A stretch of DNA of 64,000 bases from an uncultured cyanobacterium (GCA_963710605.1 CAVQBA010000004.1:128001-192000); one strand, 5' to 3'. Counted from the stretch's first letter, positions 31,941 to 44,849 are shown. A program made the numbers and translations. Notes: a model not told the origin generated them from the sequence alone.

Positions 31941-34900
31941 ATGGATCAAGAACAAAAAATACGCCTTAATTTTCTCGATGAAGCACAAGATTGTTTAGAT
32001 GAAATAGAATCAGTCTTAATTGGTTTGTCTTCTGGATTAGCTGATACCGAACAGTTAGATTTAGCCCTAAGGGCATCTCATTCGGTTAAAGGCGGTGCAG
32101 GGATGATGGGTTTTATTCCCCTGAGTAATATGGCTCATCGAATAGAAGACTTTTTTAAAATTTTACGGGTTCGTTATCATTCCACGCAAATTGCAACACA
32201 AGTCGAAACTTTATTACTCAAAAGTTTAGATAGCTTAAGACAAGTTAGTGAATTACATCGTCAGGGTGAAGACATTTCACAAGAGTGGCTAGATAGTAAT
32301 GTTAATCCCATTTTTATTTCTTTGGTTGAACATTTAGGAGAAGTTCGAGACGAAGATGAAAATCAGTTATTAGGTGATAATGAAGACGATGATTCTCTGC
32401 TTTTTTTGGTAGAAGAAGGTATGGAAACTATTGTTGATGAATTTGAACAAAAACACCATCAACTTCAAAACATCGAACTAGCTGAAGAATTAATGATGAC
32501 GGCTGAAAAACTTCTGACTTTAGCTCGTATGGCAGATTTAGAACCTTTAATTCAATTATGCGAATCTATTCAAGAGCAAACTAAAATTGCTAGTGCCGAA
32601 TTTTTACCTTCTTTGAGTCAACAATGTTTGAGTCTATGGCAACGATCGCATGGCTTAATAGTCAGGGGTAGTTTAGACAAACTTCCGTGGGACTTGGAGG
32701 GGTTTGAAACATCTGAGGTTGAGCAAAATTGGGATAGCGAACTTGAGCAAGTAAACCTGACAACTGAATTAGAAATATCAGATATTGATATTGATCCTTT
32801 GTTAGAAGAGCAGTTGAATCATTTAGAAGAATTTACTCAGTTGAATGAGATAGAGATACCAAAAGAAGATTTAGCTGATTTTTCCCCGATCGAATTTGAG
32901 CCTGATTTATTAACTGATACCTCTTGGCAAAATGAAGATTTATTAGATTTACAAGCAGTTTTTGCTCAAGAAAATACTTTAGATGAAGAAACTATCAAAA
33001 AAGTAGTTACCCTTGAAGAATCTGTTAAAGATGTCTTTACTCCTGAAAAAGTCGTACCTGAAACTGTAATCGGTAAAATAGAGCCGAATAAAGTTAGTAA
33101 AACAATTAGGGTATCTGTTGAGCAGTTTCAGCAATTTAATGGTCTTTTTAGCCAATTAGTTTTAGAACGTAATCGAATTAACTTACGTTTAGAGCAACTC
33201 AAACGTTATACTACTTTAATGCGATCGCGTATGGATCGTTTGGAGTTATCTAACAATCAATTAAAAAACTGGTACGATAAAGCTTCGGTTGAAGGGATTT
33301 TATCGAATCAAACTATTAATAATAATTATTCTCTTCCTCTTCCTCTTTCTCTTCCTCTTGCTCAAAATTTAGTCGTATCTAATCCTAGCTTAGTTGTATC
33401 ACCTGAAAAAGGACGATTTGATGCTTTAGAAATGGATCGTTATAGCGATTTGCATTTAATATCTCAAGATCAAATAGAAACGATCGTGCAATTGCAAGAA
33501 GTAAGTACAGATATTGAAACTAGTTTACAAGAAATTAATCAGGTAGTACAAGAACTAAACCAAACTTCTCGTGCATTACAAGGTAATATTACTAGAACTC
33601 AAATGATTTCTTTTGCTGAAATAGTCAAACCTTTCCCTCGTTTGATTAGAGAGCTTAGTATGAGTTTTGACAAACAAGTTAACCTCAAAATTGAAGGTAC
33701 AGCCACATTACTCGATCGAGCAATTATTGAAACTTTAAATGCACCTTTAATGCACTTAATGCGTAATGCTTTTGATCATGGAATCGAAGATACAGCTACT
33801 CGTATTGCTAACAACAAATGGCCAGAGGGAACAATTACTCTGAATGCTGTTAACCGAGGTACACAAACTATTTTAACTATCAGTGACGATGGTGCTGGAA
33901 TTAATTTAGATAAAATAGCTGTTCAAATCAAAAAAATGGGGATTAGTGATGAGCAAATTAGTCAAATGTCACAATCTCAAATGCTTGATTATATTTTCCA
34001 ACCTGGATTTACTACCACCGATAAAGTAACTAAAATTTCGGGTAGAGGAGTAGGAATGGATGTAGTTAAAACTAGCATCAAAGAAGTTCGTGGAGACATT
34101 AGTATCGACACTAAAGCCAATCAAGGAACAACTTTCACCATTAAAGTTCCTTATACTCTTTCTATTTTACGGGTAATGTTAGTTGAAAGAATAGGCATGA
34201 TATTTGCTGTTCCTGTAAATAGTATTCGACAGGTTTTTCATTTAGAAGAAGAACATTTATCTACTTCTAATTTACCAGAGATTACTTGGCAAGATAAAAC
34301 AATTCCTCTGGTACAGATGGAAAAAAGCTTAACTTTTAATCGAGCTTACAAATCTTTTGAAATGGATGAAAATCCGATTATTGACAAACCGATGGCTTTA
34401 ATCGTCGGGGAACAAAATAATTGTTTAGGTGGTTTAAGAATCAATCGTTTTTGGGGCGAGCAAGAAGTTAGTGTCCGTCCGATTGATAGTATTATACCTT
34501 TACCTAAAGGATTTGTTAGTTCTATAATTCTTGGAGACGGTAGAGTAGTGCCTGTAATCAATCCAATCCAAATTTTGGAAACGTGCTTACAACAGCAACA
34601 GAATACTCATACTGAAAATGAAATTGACGGCAAGTTAACCAAAAATAATCTTTTAAATCTAGAAAATACAGTAATTGTTGAACAAACTAATAAAATTTTA
34701 ATTGTTGATGATTCAATTAATGTACGTCGTTATCTAGCATTAACTTTAGAAAAAGCAGGTTATGAAGTCGAACAAGCAAAAGATGGACAAGAAGCAGTAG
34801 ATAAAATATTGTCAGGGCTTTTAGTTCAAGCTATTATTTGTGATATCGAAATGCCGAGACTAGACGGTTATGGAGTTTTAGAAGAGATTAAAGGTAAATC

Positions 34901-35054
34901 AGAATTTGCTTCTCTTCCGATTGCGATGCTAACTTCTCGTAGTAATGAAAAACATCGTAAACTAGCAATGAATTTGGGTGCTGAGGCTTATTTTTCTAAA
35001 CCTTATGACGAACAAGATTTACTTGAAACAATAGAGCAACTAATCAACAAGTAA
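31941..35054 (+). CDS. cheA: Hybrid CheA histidine kinase / receiver
   Basis: Hpt HSVKGGA, HLMRNAFDHG, DDGAG, SGRGVGMDVV, CheW domain, C-terminal REC. Confidence 0.94.
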   Translation: MDQEQKIRLNFLDEAQDCLDEIESVLIGLSSGLADTEQLDLALRASHSVKGGAGMMGFIPLSNMAHRIEDFFKILRVRYHSTQIATQVETLLLKSLDSLRQVSELHRQGEDISQEWLDSNVNPIFISLVEHLGEVRDEDENQLLGDNEDDDSLLFLVEEGMETIVDEFEQKHHQLQNIELAEELMMTAEKLLTLARMADLEPLIQLCESIQEQTKIASAEFLPSLSQQCLSLWQRSHGLIVRGSLDKLPWDLEGFETSEVEQNWDSELEQVNLTTELEISDIDIDPLLEEQLNHLEEFTQLNEIEIPKEDLADFSPIEFEPDLLTDTSWQNEDLLDLQAVFAQENTLDEETIKKVVTLEESVKDVFTPEKVVPETVIGKIEPNKVSKTIRVSVEQFQQFNGLFSQLVLERNRINLRLEQLKRYTTLMRSRMDRLELSNNQLKNWYDKASVEGILSNQTINNNYSLPLPLSLPLAQNLVVSNPSLVVSPEKGRFDALEMDRYSDLHLISQDQIETIVQLQEVSTDIETSLQEINQVVQELNQTSRALQGNITRTQMISFAEIVKPFPRLIRELSMSFDKQVNLKIEGTATLLDRAIIETLNAPLMHLMRNAFDHGIEDTATRIANNKWPEGTITLNAVNRGTQTILTISDDGAGINLDKIAVQIKKMGISDEQISQMSQSQMLDYIFQPGFTTTDKVTKISGRGVGMDVVKTSIKEVRGDISIDTKANQGTTFTIKVPYTLSILRVMLVERIGMIFAVPVNSIRQVFHLEEEHLSTSNLPEITWQDKTIPLVQMEKSLTFNRAYKSFEMDENPIIDKPMALIVGEQNNCLGGLRINRFWGEQEVSVRPIDSIIPLPKGFVSSIILGDGRVVPVINPIQILETCLQQQQNTHTENEIDGKLTKNNLLNLENTVIVEQTNKILIVDDSINVRRYLALTLEKAGYEVEQAKDGQEAVDKILSGLLVQAIICDIEMPRLDGYGVLEEIKGKSEFASLPIAMLTSRSNEKHRKLAMNLGAEAYFSKPYDEQDLLETIEQLINK

Positions 35055-35147
35055 TAAATCTAGTTATCCAGAATTAACTACCAACTAAATTACTCTGATT
35101 GCTTAGAGTGGTTATTAAAGCATAACTAGATCTAAAATACTTATCTA

Positions 35148-36500
35148 ATGATCAACTATTCACAAAAATATGACATGAGTGAACAAAATTTTCAACCAAT
35201 TAAAATTATTCAACACTTAGCTAAAAAAAATAGTAGTGGTAATTTATTAGTTAAAGCAAATTCTGTAAGTTGGGTAATCGGTTTATTTCGAGGAAAGTTA
35301 CAATACGCTTATTACTCTTTACAGTCTTTTAGAACTATTAAAAATATTTTACAACGTTACAATTTTAGTAGTACAGCTAAAACGATTCTCCAAAAAGGAA
35401 AAAATATTTTACAACAAAGTCACAAATCGGTTTTTTCTTTGGTTAATCAATTAGCGAAAGAAAATCTTTTAACTAATAATCAAAAACATATTCTGTATCA
35501 AGAAATAACTAAAGAGGCAATCGAATTTTTTTCTTGGTTAACTCAAGCAAAGTATCAATGGAAATCTTCGTCTGATAGTTTATCTTCGGATAATATTACC
35601 AATAATGTTCTGATTGGTGATGTTAGCTCTGTTTTCAAATTTCTGGAAAATAAATTACAAGTCTGGCAAAAATTTAGTTCGTTGGTTACTTCTCCCTATC
35701 AACGTTTGGTTTTTCCTAATCATAGTCTCTTAAAACAAAAGATTCCCAATGGTACTCTTGCCCCTGAACTATTAGTTAAATTAGCTAAAGCCATGAATGG
35801 AAGTACAATTAGCGAAATAGCAATCGCTTTAAAGCAAAATGAGTCAAGAGTTATACAACTTCTACTACCTTATCTTAAATACAAAACGATCGTTTTACAA
35901 CCACCTTCATCTCCTTTCGATAAATTACCAACAATTCCTTTACCTAGTGCTAATGTAACTAAAATTTCTTCCCCTACTTTTAACAAAGTATCTAAATCAG
36001 CTAATCCAATTAATAACTCTTCTGTTGTTACTACACCCATAACGATCGCCCCCGAAAACACAACTACGATCGCCGAACCTGCTGTGGTTGAACAACTAGA
36101 AGAAAAATCGACTGATTTTGTTGAAAATAAGTCAAAGGTTTATAAAATAGTTTCTATTGATGATAGTCCGGCAATGTTAGATGTAATTCGTAATTATTTG
36201 GGAACAGAAAAATATGAGGTTTGCACTTTAGAAAATGCCATGTTATCTTTAGGACCTATATTTGACATGAAACCTGATTTGATTTTAATGGATTTTTCAA
36301 TGCCTAAAATTAATGGTAATAAACTATGTCGGATTTTGAGAAAAAGTCATCTATTAGCTAAAACACCAATCATTATGGTTAGTGGTAGTTTGAAAATGAA
36401 TGATCAACAAAAACTTCAAGATAGTGGAATTACTGATTATTTGGCTAAACCTTTTACAAGAGAAAATTTACTTAATATCGTTGAAAAATACCTGAGATAA
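35148..36500 (+). CDS. PatA-family response regulator
   Basis: PATAN-like N-terminus, P/T-rich linker, C-terminal REC (IDDS, D...MP, KP). Confidence 0.85.
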   Translation: MINYSQKYDMSEQNFQPIKIIQHLAKKNSSGNLLVKANSVSWVIGLFRGKLQYAYYSLQSFRTIKNILQRYNFSSTAKTILQKGKNILQQSHKSVFSLVNQLAKENLLTNNQKHILYQEITKEAIEFFSWLTQAKYQWKSSSDSLSSDNITNNVLIGDVSSVFKFLENKLQVWQKFSSLVTSPYQRLVFPNHSLLKQKIPNGTLAPELLVKLAKAMNGSTISEIAIALKQNESRVIQLLLPYLKYKTIVLQPPSSPFDKLPTIPLPSANVTKISSPTFNKVSKSANPINNSSVVTTPITIAPENTTTIAEPAVVEQLEEKSTDFVENKSKVYKIVSIDDSPAMLDVIRNYLGTEKYEVCTLENAMLSLGPIFDMKPDLILMDFSMPKINGNKLCRILRKSHLLAKTPIIMVSGSLKMNDQQKLQDSGITDYLAKPFTRENLLNIVEKYLR

Positions 36501-36589
36501 TTGATAATTGACAATTGATAATTGACAATTAATACTTGCTACTCCTTACTCATTACTCATTACTCCTTACTCAAAAAAACTGTTCCCTA

Positions 36590-39011
36590 TTATTTTAAAT
36601 AAGCAATCGTTACACCGCTACCTCCTTCATTTTGAGGAGCTAGTTCATGGCTACTAATTAGAGGATGAGATTTTAAAAACTGATGAACGCCTTCTCGTAA
36701 ACTACCTGTACCTTTACCATGAATAATCCATAATGTCCCAATTTCGATCGCATTATCGATCGCTTTTTCTAAGATGGGTTCAGCTAAATGTACCCGTTTA
36801 CCACGTATATCGACTGTATTTTGTGATGTACGTACTTTAATCGGTGATTGTTTAGTAACTGTTTTAGTCTGATTATGATTAGATTTGCTAGTTTTAGTAG
36901 TTGTATTGGAAGTTTTAGAAGTTTGTTCTTTTTCCCATCTTTTGCCATCTAAAGATTCAAGAATCATTAAAAGAAATCACCATTTTCATTAAACCAAAAC
37001 GAGCATTAACTTTTTTAGCGTTTTCATCTACATCTAAAACTTCGGCTGTTTGCCCAACACTTAGTATTCTGACTTTTTCTCCTACCTTCGGTTTATAGTT
37101 AACTTTTTGTTTAGCTTTTTGAATGGGGGTAACAAATCGATCGTTAATTTTAGTTAAGGTTTGGGTAGCTTCATGAGCATCTTGTGCTGTTGGATCACCT
37201 TTTTTTTGTAACTCCTTTATTACCTGAGCAATTTGACTTTTAGCATCTAAAAGCATTTTTTGTACTGCATCTTCTTGCTCTTTTTTTAAGTCTCTTTCTC
37301 GCTCTTGTAAAGATGTTGCTTTATCTTCTACTTGTCGATAAAATTGCTCTGTTTTTTTGAGTAATTCTTCAGCTTGTTGATGTTTGTCTTCTTGCTCTCT
37401 TCTTTGGTTTTCTAACGCTGAAATTAATTCGTTGATATCTTCAGAATAACCACCTACTAAATGTTGAGCCGATTCAATCACTTGTTCAGGTAACCCCAGT
37501 CTTTTAGCAATTGTAATCGCATTAGAACGCCCCGGTATCCCCCATAATAATCTATAGGTAGGTTGTAAGCTTACATCATTAAATTCAACAGAAGCATTCT
37601 CAAAACGATCATCACTGTATTTTAAACTTTTCAACTCTCCATAATGGGTAGTCGCAATAGTCAATAAATTATTAGCCGCTAAATTTTGTAAAATAGCGAT
37701 CGCAATTGCTGTACCTTCATTAGGATCTGTACCTGCACCTACTTCATCAAGTAGCACTAAAGATTTTCCTGATTTGATTTGTTCAAAAATACGGACAATC
37801 CGACAAATATGTCCGGAAAATGTTGACAAACTTTGTTCTAAAGACTGTTCATCACCTATATCGGCTAAGATACTATCAAACCAAGGTAAACGAGGAACTT
37901 CATTAGTCGGGATAAATAAACCAACTTTAGCCATCAAAGCCGCAATCCCGATCGTTTTCAATGTTACTGTTTTACCCCCAGTATTTGGTCCTGTTATCGC
38001 CACTACTTTAATTTGAGAATCGATTAAAACATCGATTGGTACTACCGAATTACCATCTTCGTGTTTTTCTTGCCAGATTAACAACGGATGTTTGAGTTGC
38101 TTTAACCTAATATTTTCACCAGCCACAAAATCAACCAATTCAGGGGCATAACCTTCAAACCAGACACTATAACGAGCTTTGGCTGTAGCTAAATCTAAAG
38201 CTGTAGCAACAGCTAAAAGTAACTCTAATTCAGTTTCATTTTCGGCAACTTTTTCACTCAGTTGACGTAATATTTTTTCTTCTTCTCTTTTTTCTTGATT
38301 ACGACTAGTCTGTAACTGATTACCCAAATTAATAATTTCTTTAGGTTCGATATATAATGTTGAACCTGTACTTGAGCTATCGTGAACTATTCCTTTTATT
38401 TGCCCACTACAAACTGATTTAACAGGCAAGACAAAACGATCGTTTCTTTGAGTAATTACAGTTTCTTGTAAAGCATTACCTTGACGCTGAACGATTGATT
38501 GTAACGTTTGTTGGATTTTTATTCGTAGAGATTTTAGTTTTTGCCGAATACTTGATAGTTGAGGGCTAGCTCTTTCGGTAACTTCACCACGATCATCAAT
38601 ACAATAATGTATTTCTTTTTCTAATTCAGGAAAAGTTTTAATTTCACTACAGATTTGTTGTAAAGTTACTAACTCTTCTTTATCTTCAATTATTCTTCTT
38701 AATTTTCTTACCCCAGCTAAGGTAGTCGCCAAATTTAGCAATTCTTCACCTTGCAAAAAACCACCAATACCCGCTCTTTGGATCGATTCTCCTACATCAT
38801 GAATTCCTGCAAAAGACCAATTACAATTCACATCTGTTTCTAACTGGCAAATTTCTTGGGTTTGAGCTAAAAGATCTTTACTTTCAGTTATTGTAGCAGG
38901 AATAGTTAAATTTCTCGATGCGATCGCCCCTAGCTTAGTGGATGCAAAAGTGGCAAGATGTTGACATAACCTTTGCCATTCTAATAAATTGAGAGTTTCT
39001 TGTTCAATCAA
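36590..39011 (-). CDS. mutS2: Endonuclease MutS2, +1 frameshift near 36963 (probable sequencing error)
   Basis: TGPNTGGKT, DEVGAGTDP, TTHY; Smr domain (IIHGKGTG) in a second frame. Deleting one T from GATTC restores NDLESLDG. Confidence 0.93.
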
Positions 39012-39066
39012 AGCCTAATTATCGTCATCTACATACTGTTTTAATCTTCTCTAGTATATCAATTAA

Positions 39067-39420
39067 CTAAGAAAGTAAGGTATGTTCATAATTAGGTACT
39101 TGACTATCTGCCGATTTGATTTGATACTTAACCAAATTTGCTAATTCTTCTAACTGGTTAATTGCTTCTGCCCCTTCTAATTTCATCAATTCTCAATCGT
39201 CTTGCATCTCAGTCCAAGTAATACCATAATCAGAAACTAAGAAACGAATCAAATGATTATCACCTAAACTGACCATAAATGATGCACTATTCATTTGCGT
39301 TCCACAAGTGTAACAAGAAGCGATATAACCTCTTTTCTCTAGAACGATCGCTAATGCCTGTAGATTCATCACTAAATCTTTGACAAATTCTTGATATTGT
39401 TGTGCTAACCGAATAAACAT
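39067..39420 (-). CDS. DUF1815-family protein with in-frame TGA at 39193-39195
   Basis: The frame continues past the stop: WTEMQDD*ELMKLEGAEAINQLEELANL. Confidence 0.8.
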
Positions 39421-39810
39421 TTATACCTCCTTATGCACGTTACCTAATGGTTTAGACAATTCTTAATATTTTTTTAAGATTTTACCCTTAAATTATATGC
39501 TATCTTCAGATAAAAGTACAAAATTTATTTTCTGGTTTATCTTCACTTCTTACAAGGATAACCTAATTAATTAGAAAAGACATCCGCAATTATTTTTGGG
39601 TTAGTTATAGATAACACAATACCTAAAAAAAAGTCAACACGAAAACTAAAGTTACGGTATCTTCAATAGTAGTGTGCTGGCTAGTTACATCATGACTAAA
39701 TGAATTTATTAAAGCCAAAAAATAACGACAATATGATGACTAGCTGAGCGTGCTGTTTTGCTAATTGAAACATATTGCCGTAGTATTTAGTTTAAATTAT
39801 CGATTGATTA

Positions 39811-40312
39811 CTAACTGTCGTATCCTAAATCGAAAGTAATTTCACGAACACCAGGAATAGCTTTAATTGTTTCAACTAAATCTTTAGCTGCTTTCTTATT
39901 ACTAGTTTGTCCTGAAAGTCTGACTGAGCCACTAGCAACACCAACAACAATATCATCGCCGGCAGAAGACTGAACAGTTGCAGTTAAGCTTTCATCATCT
40001 ATAGTCTGCGCATTTGAACCCATTCGTTCAGGATATTCTAGAACCTGAATAATGATTACCACTAGGACTAGTTTTAAGCTCTTCTTCAAATTGTTTATTA
40101 TCCGCAGAAATAGCTGAATCTTTAGCCGCTAAAGCACCAAAGGTCACATCAGTAGTAGTCAAGGCAATAGCACTGTTAGAGTATCCCAACAAAATTATTC
40201 CTAACAACAAAGCTGTTAACTTGCTTAAAGAATTTCTTTTTTCTATCTTGAGGTAGGTAGTTACAGCTATACCTAAGATAGAGAGTGATACTAGTAATAT
40301 TGTAAGATCCAT
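39811..40312 (-). CDS. BON-domain membrane protein, frameshifted near 40043
   Basis: The 40028-40312 and 39811-40089 ORFs join (GNHYSG/LEYPERMG); BON-like VASGSVRLSG...IPGVREI. Confidence 0.7.
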
Positions 40313-40947
40313 TCGTGTGATTCTCCTTTTTTACAATTTTTTATTTGATTTTTTGAGAGTAGTTGTTTCTAACCACTGAACTACATCCTATAGAGTTCTA
40401 ATGGTTATTTACATCTTCCTCAAGATAGATTTTATTAGGTAAATACTCCTTAACGATAAAATCTTAATAATTAGAAATAATTGAGCGAAGTTATCATTTT
40501 CAATAATCATTTATCTGTTGATTAATAAAAATTAGATAATCTACTATTTTGAGTCCTGTTGATTAAACTATCTATTAGATAAACATGATCTGATACTTTA
40601 GCGATCGAGCTTTTTTTGATTAAAAGGAATCGTTATGTTACCTAAATTTCTGATTGAAAAGTCACTTTAAATAATTATCTGTATCAATAAAGTTATTCAT
40701 AAATAATTAATCATAATAAAAAAAATGATATTATCTAACTATTACTTAGTTTTTAACTACGGTAATTAAAATTAAAATTAAAATAATTAAATCTGGTTAT
40801 TTACACTATAAAAATTAGGTTGAACAATATTTATCCACATCAAAGTTATCTTCTTAAAAATATGTCTTTAGTTAGAGTACATTGGCTATCAATATCTAAT
40901 ATGATTAGAGACAGATAAGCACACATCTGAAAACATATAAATAATTT

Positions 40948-42012
40948 ATGAATAACTTAAGATACAAAAGAGCAGTGGGTCTATACAGAACCCGTGCCGA
41001 AGCCGAGAAAGTCATTCAAGCTCTTAAGAATGATGGCTACAATATGGATAGAGTATCTGTAATAGCTAAAGATAATGATAAGGTAGCAGGACATGCAACC
41101 ACCCAAACCAAAGACGTTGGTAACGAAGCTGATAAAGGTGCCGCTACAGGTGCATTAGCGGGTGGTACTCTAGGTGGTATTACAGGTTTACTCGTCGGAC
41201 TAGGACTTTTAGCTATTCCTGGTGTAGGTCCTATTTTATTAGCTGGTGCAGAAGCAACTACTATCGCTACAACTCTAGCTGGTGCCGGTATTGGTGCCGC
41301 AGCAGGTGGATTAGTTGGTGCTTTAATTGGTTTAGGTATTCCTGAAGAGAAAGCTAAGATTTACAGTGATGGTGTTTCTAACAACCAATTTTTGGTAATG
41401 GTAACAGGTACAGAAGCTGAAATTAACAAAATTAGCTCAATCATGCGTAATTATAACGTCAGTGATTTTGATATCTATGATGCCGCACCTCCAACAACAG
41501 CAACAACAGCAACAACAACAACAAATACTACTATGAATAACTACAATCCTGAATTACCTAAAACTACTAATATCGATCGTGATGTAACCACTACAGATCA
41601 AGAAAACATCAAACTTTACGAAGAACGTTTAGTAGTCGATAAGCAAAATCAAAAAGTAGGTGAAGCTACTATCGGTAAAAGAGTAGAAACCGAAACCGCA
41701 TCAGTTAATGTACCTGTCAGAAAAGAACGTCTTGTAATTGAGCGTAAAGATGTAGTAGATGGAACACCTGTAAATCCAAACACTGTTGACTTTGATGAGA
41801 ATAAAGTAGCGCGTGTTGAAATTTATGAAGAAACTGCTAACGTAAGCAAAGAAGCTTATGTACGTGAAGAAGTTGGTATCCGTAAAGAAGTAGAACAAGG
41901 TACTGTCCAAGCAAACGAAACTGTACACCGTGAAGAATTAGTTGTTGAAACTGACGAAACTGCGACTAGAAAAGTAAATCCTAACACACCAAACAACAGA
42001 AATTTGAGATAG
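40948..42012 (+). CDS. General stress protein (17M-like) fused to a YsnF/AvaK (DUF2382) domain
   Basis: GA..GG.LG...LAIPGVGP hairpin; LYEERLVVDK and REEV repeats. Confidence 0.85.
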   Translation: MNNLRYKRAVGLYRTRAEAEKVIQALKNDGYNMDRVSVIAKDNDKVAGHATTQTKDVGNEADKGAATGALAGGTLGGITGLLVGLGLLAIPGVGPILLAGAEATTIATTLAGAGIGAAAGGLVGALIGLGIPEEKAKIYSDGVSNNQFLVMVTGTEAEINKISSIMRNYNVSDFDIYDAAPPTTATTATTTTNTTMNNYNPELPKTTNIDRDVTTTDQENIKLYEERLVVDKQNQKVGEATIGKRVETETASVNVPVRKERLVIERKDVVDGTPVNPNTVDFDENKVARVEIYEETANVSKEAYVREEVGIRKEVEQGTVQANETVHREELVVETDETATRKVNPNTPNNRNLR

Positions 42013-42243
42013 TATCATCTCGATTTTATCTTAATAGGTAATGAGTAAAATTATTATTAAATATTTTGCTTATTACCTGAACATAAAATATATAGTTACC
42101 AGAATTCTTTTTTTTTGAATTGAAAAATCAAATATTATCTTAGTTTAAAAGGTAAGTATCTTCAATTGAAAAAAAGTTTTAACTGGCTAATTTTAAAATA
42201 AAGTTATCAATACAAATAATAGTTAATAAAATAGAATCTAAAC

Positions 42244-42708
42244 ATGAATAAGAACAAATTAATCACATTAATATTAGGTAGTACTTTACTTTTTGGTGCA
42301 GTAGGTTGCGATAATGCTCGCACTAGTGTTGATGCACCTGAAACTGTCGATGGAGATGTTTCAGTAGATAATCCGGGTAATGTAGATGAAACTTTAGAAG
42401 ATGCAAACAAGGAAGTCCGTCAAGATCAATTAGATTCTGATATCCGTGCTAGAGAACAACGTAATGATATAGCTGGCGATCAAACTGAGAGAACCGATTC
42501 TGATCTTGAAAGTGAAGTTAGGGCAAAACTAGAAGCTAACATTCCTCGTGCTAAATTAACGATCGAAGCCGAAGAAGGTAATGTTATGATTGTCGGTGCT
42601 GTACCTAGTCAAAAAGAATACGATACTATTGAACCTTTAGCTAAAGAAATTCTAGGTGTTGAAACTGTAAATATGGATGTACAAGTTATTCCTCCAACAC
42701 AGTCGTAG
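42244..42708 (+). CDS. BON-domain lipoprotein
   Basis: Lipobox AVGC; DSDIRAREQR; BON domain. Confidence 0.85.
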   Translation: MNKNKLITLILGSTLLFGAVGCDNARTSVDAPETVDGDVSVDNPGNVDETLEDANKEVRQDQLDSDIRAREQRNDIAGDQTERTDSDLESEVRAKLEANIPRAKLTIEAEEGNVMIVGAVPSQKEYDTIEPLAKEILGVETVNMDVQVIPPTQS

Positions 42709-42764
42709 TTAATTTAATTTAATTTAATTTAATTTTTCTCTTTTCTCTCTACTCTCTAACAAGA

Positions 42765-42816
42765 TAAAAGCGATCGTTATTTGTGATTTAATTCATTAAG
42801 TAACGATCGTTTTTTA
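42765..42816 (+). terminator. Probable intrinsic terminator
   Basis: AAAGCGATCGTTA...TAACGATCGTTTTTT hairpin followed by a T-run. Confidence 0.5.
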
Positions 42817-42893
42817 TTTGAGTTTATTTTAACCGTAGAGAACATACATATACATAGAGGTCAATCAGAATTGAGAATTACCTCTACCTGTCT

Positions 42894-42922
42894 GTAGAGA
42901 CGTAGCACTGCTACGTCCGTAC
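42894..42922. repeat. GTAG-type REP-like palindrome
   Basis: GTAGAGACGTAGCACTGCTACGTCCGTAC. Confidence 0.7.
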
Positions 42923-43199
42923 TAGGCTTGAAATAATGAATTAATTATTTTCTTATTTTCCTTTTTGATAATTAAACACTACAAAAGTTCACTGTTTAAA
43001 AAGAATTAAAATTAGGTAACATCGATCGAGTTTACTTAATCTTTCACCGCTAAAAAAAATCTTTCCAAATATTTTTACTTACTTAAAAGAAATGATTAGA
43101 AAGACTAATTGAATAAATTGTTTAGTGAAGGTATCTCATCAGCCATAATTACCGTTCGATATCTTCACTAATAGTTACAGATAAAACAAACTTTATTGA

Positions 43200-44849
43200 T
43201 TAAAACTTAATTGCGACATCAGACAACACAGGTGTAGTAGTAGTTTGAGCTACCTCAACATAAGATTGTCTCATTTCGTTATTAATCGCTACCGTTTTTA
43301 CATCATAAAGATTAGTCGCTAATTTAGGATAAAAACCAATCCCGACGATTAAGAAGAGAAAACACAAAGCAATAAAAACTTCTCTTGGTTTAGCATCATT
43401 ATAAACAGCCTCAGTTGGTAAAATACAATTTGTACCAAAACAAACAGCCGCATCATTAGTTGTAATTGGATTATCTTCTTCAGAAGTACCGATAAGACAT
43501 AAATCAGCTTTATTATTACCATAAAATAGTTGTCTTAACATTGACAGTAAATAAATCGGAGTAATAATCAAACCGACAGCACTAAGTATCACCATAAAAG
43601 TACGGAAATTAGAATCATAAATGTCGCTATTACTAAAACCAACAAAAACACTTAATTCACTAATAAAACCACTCATCCCTGGTAAAGCTAACGAAGCCAT
43701 TGCCCCGGCAGTAAACAGTGCAAATACTTTCGGCATTGCTTTACCGACATTACCCATTTCATCCAAAAACATTGTATGCGATCGATCGTAGGTAACACCA
43801 GCTAAAAAGAATAATAAAGCCGCAATCAAACCATGAGACAACATTTGTAACATCGCCCCACTAACTCCTAAATCAGAAAAAGAAGCAATACCTATTAGTA
43901 CAAATCCCATATGCGAGACTGAAGAATAAGCCAAACGCCTTTTCATATTAGTTTGAGCAAAAGAAGCAAAACCACCATAAACGATATTGACAACTCCAAG
44001 AATAACTAATACAGGAGCAAAATAAACATGAGCATCAGCGAGTAAACCCATATTTAGACGAATTAAACCATAACCACCCATTTTCAATAAAACGCCTGCC
44101 AAAATCATCGAGACAGGAGAAGATGCTTCACCATGGGCATCAGGCAACCATGTATGTAGAGGAAATATAGCTAACTTAACACCAAAAGCAATCAGCAATC
44201 CAGCGTAAAGAAACAATTCTAACCCAATCGGATATTCTCTTAAACCTAAAATGGCGATATCAAAAGTAACGCCTTCGTTACCATAAAGTGCCAAACCTAA
44301 ACCAGCAACTAAAATGAAGATAGAAGCCGCCGCTGTATATAACAAAAATTTAGTAGCGGCATAACGTCTTTTTTCGCCACCCCAAATCGAGACTAGTAAA
44401 TAAACGGGAACTAATTCTAATTCCCACATGATGAATAATAATAATAAATCTTGAGCGACAAATACACCTATTTGTGCTGAATATAATAATAATAATAAAC
44501 AATAAAATAAACGGGGTTTTCGATCGACTTGCCATGCAGAGAAAATAGACAAAGTCGTCACAAAACCAGCCAGTAAAACCAAAGGCATTGAGATACCATC
44601 AACAGATACAGCCCAACTTAACCCTAAAGGTTCAATCCAAGTATATTTTTCAACTAACTGAAAATTAGTATTACTAACATCAAAATTCTGGGAGAAAACG
44701 TAGCACATCAAGAAAAAATCAATCAAACCTACTGATAAAGCATACCATCTCAATGTTTTGCCTTCTTTATCCGGTATTATAGGAATCATTAGTGCCGCCA
44801 CTAGTGGGAAGACAATTATTGCGGTAAGCCAAGGAAATTGTTCCGCCAT
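43200..44849 (-). CDS. ndhD: NAD(P)H-quinone oxidoreductase subunit 4 (NdhD, D2-like)
   Basis: [34 protein letters not shown] insert. Confidence 0.95.
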   Translation of the reverse strand: MAEQFPWLTAIIVFPLVAALMIPIIPDKEGKTLRWYALSVGLIDFFLMCYVFSQNFDVSNTNFQLVEKYTWIEPLGLSWAVSVDGISMPLVLLAGFVTTLSIFSAWQVDRKPRLFYCLLLLLYSAQIGVFVAQDLLLLFIMWELELVPVYLLVSIWGGEKRRYAATKFLLYTAAASIFILVAGLGLALYGNEGVTFDIAILGLREYPIGLELFLYAGLLIAFGVKLAIFPLHTWLPDAHGEASSPVSMILAGVLLKMGGYGLIRLNMGLLADAHVYFAPVLVILGVVNIVYGGFASFAQTNMKRRLAYSSVSHMGFVLIGIASFSDLGVSGAMLQMLSHGLIAALLFFLAGVTYDRSHTMFLDEMGNVGKAMPKVFALFTAGAMASLALPGMSGFISELSVFVGFSNSDIYDSNFRTFMVILSAVGLIITPIYLLSMLRQLFYGNNKADLCLIGTSEEDNPITTNDAAVCFGTNCILPTEAVYNDAKPREVFIALCFLFLIVGIGFYPKLATNLYDVKTVAINNEMRQSYVEVAQTTTTPVLSDVAIKF

